From Candidatus Auribacterota bacterium (GTDB lineage Bacteria; Auribacterota; UBA6266), in contig JAGLRQ010000040.1 in assembly GCA_023136205.1 (NCBI GenBank), forward strand, positions 57 to 32,056: a DNA stretch of 32,000 nucleotides, in the 5' to 3' direction. A program made the position numbers and the translations under genes. Under the pieces are notes generated by a model. The model saw only the letters and a list, made by a program, of their open reading frames with translations, searched no databases and had not been told where the DNA came from. Positions 1 to 5,971 of the stretch are shown piece after piece (the first letter of the stretch is position 1; each line of letters begins with the position of its first letter).

Positions 1-1
1 C

Positions 2-64
2 TTGGATGATATTGCGCATAAAACCAGAAAAGAAGTAAGTAAGAGATTGATTGGAGAAGAATAA
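2..64 (+). CDS. 3' end of an unidentified CDS entering from upstream (partial)
   Basis: Frame-2 open reading from the window edge ending at TAA 62-64. Only 20 codons are visible, so no product can be assigned. Confidence 0.3.
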   Translation: MDDIAHKTRKEVSKRLIGEE

Positions 65-230
65 AAGAGATGAAGTTCGCCTTTCATATTGGGGAACCTT
101 TTTTCCCTTTGACGGTTGTGGATCATATCTTTTTTTTTAATTTTCTTTATGCTAAAATAAAACTAAGGAATAAGGTAAAAGCAAATAGTGAATAGGAACA
201 AAGATCTAAGTAAAAAAGGAGGAGAGAAAA

Positions 231-530
231 ATGAGTGTATTAAAAGATTTGGTTAATTTGGGTTTGGGAGCATTAGTTATAACAAAAGAGAAAGCGGAAG
301 AGGTTGTGAATGAATTGGTTAAAAAAGGTGAAGTTGGCCAGGAGGAAGGAAAAGAATTAATTAGTAAGTTGATTGAAAAAGGAGAAAAAAGCAAAAAGGA
401 GATAGAGGATCGGATTGAAAAAACGGTTAAAGACGTTGTAGGAAAATTAGATATATCGACTAAGAAGGAAATAGAAGAGCTTAAATTTGAAATTGAAGAG
501 TTGAAAAAGAAATTAAATAAAGAAGAATAA
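231..530 (+). CDS. Small phasin-family-like coiled-coil protein
   Basis: AAGGAGG-type SD (aaaaaggaggag) upstream of the ATG. The 99-aa protein is highly charged with E/K heptad-like repeats and an N-terminal LKDLVNLGLGALVITKEKAEEVV motif, typical of phasin-like proteins often found next to ubiB-like genes. Confidence 0.6.
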   Translation: MSVLKDLVNLGLGALVITKEKAEEVVNELVKKGEVGQEEGKELISKLIEKGEKSKKEIEDRIEKTVKDVVGKLDISTKKEIEELKFEIEELKKKLNKEE

Positions 531-668
531 AAGGTCATTTCAATTTATAGTATACAAAGCAGAAAGAACTAGTGGGTAAATATTTTCCTGTAACACAATT
601 ATTTAGGTTACTGAGCGTTATGAGCATTCTTCGCTTTCAATAGCATTTTTCTGGTTAGGAGTTTTTAA

Positions 669-2357
669 TTGGTTATTGGTAATGTTACTCAAAAAATACG
701 CAATGTAAAAAGATTGCGGCAAATTTCGCATATCTTTGTCAAGTACGGTTTTGGTTATATCGTTGACCGCTTAAATATAGACCAAAATCTTGTCGGCAGG
801 AAGATTATCAAAATTGCTTCAGCTAAGAAACTTGATGTATTTGATATCCCAATACCTGTCAGAATCCGTAAGATGATGGAAGAGTTGGGCCCTGCCTTTA
901 TAAAATTAGGCCAGGTTCTAAGTACACGCCCGGATTTGATCCCTTTAGAGTTTTGTCAGGAACTTGAAAAATTGCAGAATGAAGTTCCCGCGTTTGCGTA
1001 TGAGAAAGCAAAAGAGCAGATCGAAAACGAATTAAAAGAGCCGATAGATAAGCTATTCAGTAGTTTTTCTGTTGATTCCTTTGCCGCCGCTTCATTGTCA
1101 CAGGTTTATATGGCCGAATCGAAATCAGGAGAGAAACTTGTGGTAAAAGTTCAAAGGCCGGACATCGAAAAGACAATACGGGCGGATTTAGATATTTTAT
1201 ATACGTTAGCTCAATTGGCAGAAAAATATATCGAAGAAATCAGGCTTTATAATCCCACGGTGGTTGTTGATGAGTTCAAAAAGACGATTTTGAGAGAAAT
1301 AGATTTCAGTCTGGAGGCAAAAAATATTGACAGATTCCGGCGTAATTTCAAGGATGATAATACCGTATATATTTTTAAGGTAATGCATCATTTATCAACG
1401 AAGAAAATTTTAACTATGGAGAGGCTGGAAGGGATAAAGGCGAGCAACGTAAATGAGATAGGACGCATTGGATTGGACAAAAGACAGATAGCGATAAATG
1501 GAGCCGATGCTATTTTGAAACAGATTTTTATGCATGGTTTTTTTCATGCGGATCCGCATCCCGGGAATATATTTGTTTTGAAAGATGGCCGTATTGCCTT
1601 TTTGGATTTTGGTATGGTTGGGCGTATCGATGCAGAAACAAGAGAACAGATTTCCGGTATCCTGGTTGCTATAATTCATCGGGATACGAAAGGGATTATC
1701 GAGACTTTTGTATCAATGGGGGCAGTTGAGAAAGACACCGGTGTTAAAAAACTGAATTTAGATTTGACAGACTTCGTAGAGAATTATTATGAAATTCCTT
1801 TAAAAGACCTTAGGATGGATCAGTTTTTGCCTGATTTAATTAATATAATTTCGCATAATCGGATCAAAGTACCTGCCGATTTTTTCCTTTTGAGCAAAGC
1901 CTTGATAACAATTGAAAGCGTAGGCAAAAAAATGTCTCCTGATTTTAATGCTGTTTCTCAAGCAAAGCCTTTTGTCGAACGGCTGGTAAAAGAAAGATAT
2001 AGCACAAAGAATATAGTAAGGGGGGTAAAAGGATTTTTAAAGGGGCTCTACATCCTTACGAATTTATTACCTAGAGATTTAACGATAATTCTTAACAAAA
2101 TAAAAAAAGGGACACTGCGGGTAGAATTTGAGCATAGAGGGTTGGAAAATTTAATCCATGTACTTGATAAAGTCAGCAATAGAGTTGCTTTTAGTCTGGT
2201 CATTGCGGCATTAATTGTAGGTTCATCTATTATAATGCAGGCTGATAAAGGCCCTATATTGTTTGATTTTCCGGTGTTAGGTGTAATTGGGTTTGTTGCG
2301 GCCGGCATAATGGGGTTATGGTTAGCCATAGCAATATTGCGTTCAGGCAGGCTATAA
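669..2357 (+). CDS. ABC1/UbiB-family atypical protein kinase with C-terminal transmembrane helices
   Basis: TTG start 7 nt after AGGAG (657-661). Family motifs are present: GPAFIKLGQVLSTRPDLIP, AAASLSQVY, VVKVQRP, FFHADPHPGNIF, LDFGMVG. The C-terminus is hydrophobic (AFSLVIAALIVGS... GVIGFVAAGIMGLWLAIAIL). Confidence 0.85.
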   Translation: MVIGNVTQKIRNVKRLRQISHIFVKYGFGYIVDRLNIDQNLVGRKIIKIASAKKLDVFDIPIPVRIRKMMEELGPAFIKLGQVLSTRPDLIPLEFCQELEKLQNEVPAFAYEKAKEQIENELKEPIDKLFSSFSVDSFAAASLSQVYMAESKSGEKLVVKVQRPDIEKTIRADLDILYTLAQLAEKYIEEIRLYNPTVVVDEFKKTILREIDFSLEAKNIDRFRRNFKDDNTVYIFKVMHHLSTKKILTMERLEGIKASNVNEIGRIGLDKRQIAINGADAILKQIFMHGFFHADPHPGNIFVLKDGRIAFLDFGMVGRIDAETREQISGILVAIIHRDTKGIIETFVSMGAVEKDTGVKKLNLDLTDFVENYYEIPLKDLRMDQFLPDLINIISHNRIKVPADFFLLSKALITIESVGKKMSPDFNAVSQAKPFVERLVKERYSTKNIVRGVKGFLKGLYILTNLLPRDLTIILNKIKKGTLRVEFEHRGLENLIHVLDKVSNRVAFSLVIAALIVGSSIIMQADKGPILFDFPVLGVIGFVAAGIMGLWLAIAILRSGRL

Positions 2358-3350
2358 ATGGGATTTTTAAAAAGGGAGAAATCTAAAACAGGATTAGTTC
2401 TGGGCAGCGGCGCAGCGCGGGGTTTAGCTCACATTGGAGTATTAAAGGCACTAAAAGAGCAAAATATATCTATTGATATGATAGCAGGCTCAAGTATGGG
2501 CGCGCTTGTTGGTGCCTGTTATGCAAGGCATGGAAAAATAATAGATATTGAAGAAATAGCATTAAGGATGGATTGGAAACAGTTAGCTCAATTAGCGGAT
2601 CCTAACTTAGCCCTGTTTTTCAAAGGAGTTATTCATGGTAAAAAGGTTAAAGACCTTCTAAAGACTTTAATAGGAGATGTAAATTTTAGGGACTTAAAGA
2701 TTCCTTTGGCTGTTGTGGCTACTGATGTTAATACAGGTGAGGAGATAGTCATAAAGACTGGTTCGGTAATTGACGCGGTAAGGGCGAGTATTTCTGTACC
2801 TGCTATATTTATGCCGGTTAAATTGAGAGATAGATTCCTGATAGATGGCGGGATAGTAAATCCCGTTCCAGTAACTGTAGTTAAAAATATGGGTGCAACA
2901 TTCATTATCGCTTGCAATGTAACCTATAAGCCCCAAAGAAGAAAACTTCTCAGATCTGCGAAAGGACAAAAATCCCCTGTGCCAATACCAAAGGCACAGA
3001 TTAAAAATGCAGCTTTAGTGACGTTAAATAACAAAATCGACAAACTTTTTCAAAACAATAAAGATAAGATACAAAGTTTCCAAAGACTTACTGATTCTTT
3101 CAAAAAAAAGATTTATAAAGGAAAACAAAGAATAGATCCAAATACGCCAAGCATATTTGATACTATATTAAAAGCAATTTATGCTATGGAATATGAGATA
3201 GCGAAGTCAAAAATGAAAGAGGCAGATGTTATAATAACCCCCGATACTGGACACATTGCTGCATTAGAGTTCTATCGGGCAAAAGAGGCGATAGCGGAGG
3301 GATACAAAGCAGCAAAAGACACCCTTTCTGAAAAGGGCCCTTCATTTTAA
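2358..3350 (+). CDS. Patatin-like phospholipase
   Basis: The ATG directly abuts the upstream stop codon. Contains the oxyanion GSGAARG motif, the nucleophile elbow GSSMG and the catalytic DGG (LIDGGIVNPVP), which define the patatin fold. Confidence 0.85.
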   Translation: MGFLKREKSKTGLVLGSGAARGLAHIGVLKALKEQNISIDMIAGSSMGALVGACYARHGKIIDIEEIALRMDWKQLAQLADPNLALFFKGVIHGKKVKDLLKTLIGDVNFRDLKIPLAVVATDVNTGEEIVIKTGSVIDAVRASISVPAIFMPVKLRDRFLIDGGIVNPVPVTVVKNMGATFIIACNVTYKPQRRKLLRSAKGQKSPVPIPKAQIKNAALVTLNNKIDKLFQNNKDKIQSFQRLTDSFKKKIYKGKQRIDPNTPSIFDTILKAIYAMEYEIAKSKMKEADVIITPDTGHIAALEFYRAKEAIAEGYKAAKDTLSEKGPSF

Positions 3351-3547
3351 AAGAGTATAGTAAAATGGAGGATAAGAAATGGGAACAGCTGTCCCTATCT
3401 CTTATTTTATGTTGGCTCCACAGTGTTTACGTGCCGCGGCAAACTACCCAAGATTGACTTCGATGGAATTTTCAGCTTTGCTACGATGGGCTCGATGGGA
3501 TGACGGAAGAGCGGGATATTATTAAAAAAAAATTCTGTAAAAAATTC

Positions 3548-3576
3548 TTGACAGATGCTTTTTTATAAGGTATAAA
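3548..3576 (+). promoter_or_regulatory. Sigma70-type promoter upstream of the amtB leader
   Basis: TTGACA (3548-3553), exactly 17 nt, then TATAAA (3571-3576). Confidence 0.5.
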
Positions 3577-3591
3577 GTACTTATTAAGTAC
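3577..3591. promoter_or_regulatory. Perfect palindrome GTACTTA-T-TAAGTAC overlapping the predicted transcription start (candidate operator)
   Basis: A 15-nt perfect inverted repeat immediately after the -10 hexamer. The GTAC...GTAC core recurs at 5853-5866 downstream of the glnN promoter. Confidence 0.35.
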
Positions 3592-3620
3592 AGAGATTGT
3601 GCTTGGAAGTTTTGCAATGG

Positions 3621-3645
3621 GGCGTTTGAGAGAGCGTCTTTTTTT
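3621..3645 (+). terminator. Intrinsic terminator-like hairpin T1 in the amtB upstream region
   Basis: GGCGUU / AGCGUC stem (two G-U pairs), loop UGAGAG, followed by U7 (3639-3645). Confidence 0.5.
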
Positions 3646-3693
3646 GTGTTTAGGCCGTGTAGTTTTTCAGAGTAGAATATTTTTGGATGACGA

Positions 3694-3739
3694 AGTCCTT
3701 TTAAGCAGAGATATTTGCTGAAGAGGGCTATTTTGTTTT
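3694..3739 (+). terminator. Long hairpin T2 plus U-rich tail in the amtB leader
   Basis: AGUCCUUUUAAGCA / UGCUGAAGAGGGCU forms 13 pairs with 1 mismatch and an 8-nt loop, followed by AUUUUGUUUU. Confidence 0.35.
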
Positions 3740-3761
3740 AAGCACGTTGTTGGTGCTTTAT

Positions 3762-3800
3762 TTGAGCTCAGGTGCTCAATTTAATGCCGTTGAAGGCATT
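3762..3800 (+). promoter_or_regulatory. Two adjacent 6-bp hairpins with hexaloops (antiterminator-like) in the amtB leader
   Basis: UUGAGC-UCAGGU-GCUCAA (3762-3779) and AAUGCC-GUUGAA-GGCAUU (3783-3800). Both loops have G at position 4. The 3' arm of the second hairpin is shared with terminator T3. Confidence 0.4.
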
Positions 3801-3818
3801 ATCTTGAGTGCCTTTTTT
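3793..3818 (+). terminator. Intrinsic terminator T3 immediately upstream of amtB
   Basis: AAGGCAUU / GAGUGCCUU stem (8 pairs including one G-U), loop AUCUUG, then a U-run to 3818. Its 5' arm overlaps the preceding hexaloop hairpin. Confidence 0.55.
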
Positions 3819-3857
3819 ATTTAGATGAATAAAAAACAAAGTAAAAAGGAGGGAAGA

Positions 3858-5198
3858 ATGAAGAAACTGTTTAAATTGCCTAAAAGCCTATTATTCATAC
3901 TGGTCTTTTTTACAGGAGGATATGTTTTCGCGGATGATACAGTCGCGTCTAACGCGACGGCGATAAATACCGTGTGGACATTGGTGGCGGCGTTCCTGGT
4001 ATTTTTCATGCAGCCGGGTTTTGCAATGGTTGAAACCGGTTTTACCAGAGCGAAGAACGCGGCGAATATCTTGATGAAAAATCTTATGGATTTTTCGATT
4101 GGCTCAATTGCCTTCTTTGTAATTGGGTTCGGGATAATGTTTGGAACGGATATGTTTGGCTTGTTTGGAACAGATGGTTTTTTCCTCAGTTCCGCGAACA
4201 CGACAAGCGGAGAAGGGATGTGGCAGTACGCGTACTGGATTTTCCAGGCGGTTTTTGCGGCTACAGCGGCAACCATTGTTTCCGGTGCGATGGCAGAAAG
4301 GACAAAATTTCCAGCATATCTAATCTATTCAGTCTTTATATGTGCTTTAATCTATCCCGTGGTAGGCCATTGGATATGGGGAGGCGGTTGGCTTGCCGCT
4401 AAAGGAATGATTGACTTTGCGGGTTCTACAGTTGTCCATTCTGTTGGAGGCTGGGCGGCTCTTGCGGGAGCTATACTTGTAGGCCCCAGGCTTGGTAAAT
4501 ACAACAAAGACGGGTCTTCAAACGCGATACCCGGGCATAACATACCGCTGGCAGCTCTTGGAGTGTTCATTCTCTGGTTTGGATGGTTTGGGTTTAACGC
4601 GGGCAGTACCACCGCGGGAACTGACTTGAGTATAGCTGTGATTGCCGTGACGACTAACCTTGCTGCCGCTGCCGGAGCGATAACAGCGATGATAACAGTC
4701 TGGATACAGTTTGGCAAACCTGATACCAGTATGGCTCTAAACGGGGCACTCGCCGGATTAGTCGCGATAACAGCTCCCTGCGCGAATGTTTCTCCGATCA
4801 GCGCGATTATAATAGGGGCTATTGCGGGCGTAATCGTTGTTTTGAGTGTGGAGTTTATTGACAAGGTTCTTCACATCGATGATCCCGTTGGCGCGATATC
4901 CGTGCACGGTGTGTGCGGCGCTTTCGGAACGCTGGCGGCAGGCCTTTTCGCGGAAGAAGCCTATGGTGGAGTAAACGGTTTGTTTTTTGGCGGCGGAATG
5001 GGCCAGTTTATTATCCAGGTCACAGGTGTTATTGCCGTATTTATATGGACATTTGGATCCGCGTGCGCTCTCTTTTATCTGGTAAAAAAGACTATGGGGC
5101 TTAGGGCTTCTGATCAAGAGCAGTTGAAAGGCCTGGATATCAGCGAGCATGGCATGGAATCTTACGCTGGGTTTCAGATATTCAGTACGGAAAATTAA
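3858..5198 (+). CDS. amtB: Ammonium transporter (Amt family)
   Basis: The ATG at 3858 is preceded by AAGGAGGG and was preferred over the ORF-track start at 3825. Signal-peptide-like N-terminus MKKLFKLPKSLLFILVFFTGGYVFA. Amt signatures are present: FMQPGFAMVETGF, DFAGSTVVHSVGGWAALAGAILVGPR, LWFGWFGFNAGS, GVHGVCGAFGTL. Confidence 0.9.
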   Translation: MKKLFKLPKSLLFILVFFTGGYVFADDTVASNATAINTVWTLVAAFLVFFMQPGFAMVETGFTRAKNAANILMKNLMDFSIGSIAFFVIGFGIMFGTDMFGLFGTDGFFLSSANTTSGEGMWQYAYWIFQAVFAATAATIVSGAMAERTKFPAYLIYSVFICALIYPVVGHWIWGGGWLAAKGMIDFAGSTVVHSVGGWAALAGAILVGPRLGKYNKDGSSNAIPGHNIPLAALGVFILWFGWFGFNAGSTTAGTDLSIAVIAVTTNLAAAAGAITAMITVWIQFGKPDTSMALNGALAGLVAITAPCANVSPISAIIIGAIAGVIVVLSVEFIDKVLHIDDPVGAISVHGVCGAFGTLAAGLFAEEAYGGVNGLFFGGGMGQFIIQVTGVIAVFIWTFGSACALFYLVKKTMGLRASDQEQLKGLDISEHGMESYAGFQIFSTEN

Positions 5199-5279
5199 AC
5201 GGATGTTTGGCGAGGCATGGGGCAGGTTTTTCCCCATGCCTCAAAAATGGAAGATTAATAAAAAGAAGGAGACTTTAAA

Positions 5280-5621
5280 ATGAAATTAATAATTGCTATG
5301 ATTCAGCCGCACAAACTTCCGGATGTAAAAAAAGCGCTTTTTGCTGCTGACGTACATAAAATGACTGTTACAAATGCTCTTGGATGCGGCCAGCAGAAAG
5401 GTTTCATGGAAGCTTACAGGGGGGTTATTCATGAAGTTAACCTTTTGAAAAAGGTAAAACTTGAAATCGCGGTGAACAAAGAATTTGTCCAGCCCACAGT
5501 TGATGCTATTATTAAAGGAGCCAGAACCGGCAAAATAGGGGACGGTAAGATATTTGTACTTGACTTGCCCACCTGCATAAGAATCAGGACAGGAGAAGAA
5601 GGGGGTATGGCTATTGGTTAA
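5280..5621 (+). CDS. glnK: P-II nitrogen regulatory protein, amtB-linked
   Basis: 113 aa, aligns end to end with GlnB/GlnK ([18 protein letters not shown]). SD AAGGAG upstream. Lies directly downstream of amtB. The T-loop has His, not Tyr, at position 51. Confidence 0.9.
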   Translation: MKLIIAMIQPHKLPDVKKALFAADVHKMTVTNALGCGQQKGFMEAYRGVIHEVNLLKKVKLEIAVNKEFVQPTVDAIIKGARTGKIGDGKIFVLDLPTCIRIRTGEEGGMAIG

Positions 5622-5802
5622 AAACCGGAAGGATTAACAGAATATATGCCAAGCTGGTGAAAGATAAGTTAAACCTGTAATATTTTTTTTTATTTGAGTT
5701 AACATTTGTATAAACACTTAAGGTTCACACGAGCAGTAGAAAACCGCGTTGGAAAGCATCAGGTAAGTGTGGAATTTTCGAAAGAAATAATATAGAATGA
5801 AC

Positions 5803-5831
5803 TTGACATATAGAAAAATGTATAGTAAAAA
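5803..5831 (+). promoter_or_regulatory. Sigma70-type promoter for the glnN-gltBD operon
   Basis: TTGACA (5803-5808), 17 nt, then TAAAAA (5826-5831). The -10 is weak. Confidence 0.45.
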
Positions 5832-5851
5832 GGACAACGATTTTGGAAATA

Positions 5852-5896
5852 GGTACAAAGTTGTACCGCCGGAAAAAAGATAACAAAGGCGTTCTT
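5852..5896 (+). promoter_or_regulatory. ANTAR-type dual hexaloop RNA element (P1 + P2) in the glnN leader
   Basis: P1 is GGUAC-AAAGUU-GUACC (5852-5867). P2 is GAUAAC-AAAGGC-GUUCUU (5879-5896, one U/C mismatch). Both hexaloops have A at position 1 and G at position 4, as in described ANTAR targets. The P2 3' half lies in the terminator 5' arm. Confidence 0.55.
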
Positions 5897-5927
5897 AAAC
5901 CTGCAGGGTTTTTGAGTGCCTTTTTTT
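5888..5927 (+). terminator. Intrinsic terminator in the glnN leader
   Basis: GGCGUUCUUAAACCU / GGGUUUUUGAGUGCC gives 13 of 15 pairs with loop GCA, followed by U7 (5921-5927). It lies 45 nt before the glnN start codon. Confidence 0.65.
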
Positions 5928-5971
5928 GTTTGTGTTTATGGAGCAAATAGTAAAATAATAGGAGATAAAAT

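Noticed and set aside
3379-3525. 48-aa ORF MGTAVPISYFMLAPQCLRAAANYPRLTSMEF... downstream of the patatin gene
   Set aside because: It has no convincing SD. It starts with the GGGAACAG-CTGTCCC type motif that recurs non-codingly at 22036, 22171, 22373, 24243 and 27090, so it is more likely a dispersed repeat than a gene.
3576-3592. TnrA/GlnR-type 17-bp box (TGTNA-N7-TNACA) at the amtB promoter palindrome
   Set aside because: AGTAC-N7-GTACA matches only 5 of the 8 specified positions, and the outer T/A and inner A/T positions are wrong. It is retained only as a generic candidate operator.
3595-3650. Possible glutamine (glnA-motif) riboswitch because of GGAAGU in the amtB leader
   Set aside because: Only the short GGAAGU string matches. 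The flanking CGUUC...GAACG helix and E-loop features of the glnA RNA motif are absent.
3825-3857. N-terminal extension of the amtB ORF (MNKKQSKKEGR) given by the ORF track
   Set aside because: The extension itself contains the AAGGAGGG Shine-Dalgarno for the ATG at 3858. It would also start inside the U-tail of the leader terminator, and the signal-peptide-like sequence begins at 3858.
4352-5237. Antisense and off-frame ORFs inside amtB. Equivalent shadow ORFs occur inside ubiB, the patatin gene, glnN, gltB, gltD, the PPDK_N gene, nadE and rbr.
   Set aside because: They are fully nested in genes with clear family signatures. Their translations are low-complexity or compositionally odd, with no SD. 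They are typical shadow ORFs.
5630-5691. Possible terminator after glnK (AGGAUUAAC...GUUAAACCU plus a U9 run)
   Set aside because: The stem has a mismatch, encloses a ~29-nt loop and is separated from the U-run by 6 nt. That is too weak to call without transcript data.
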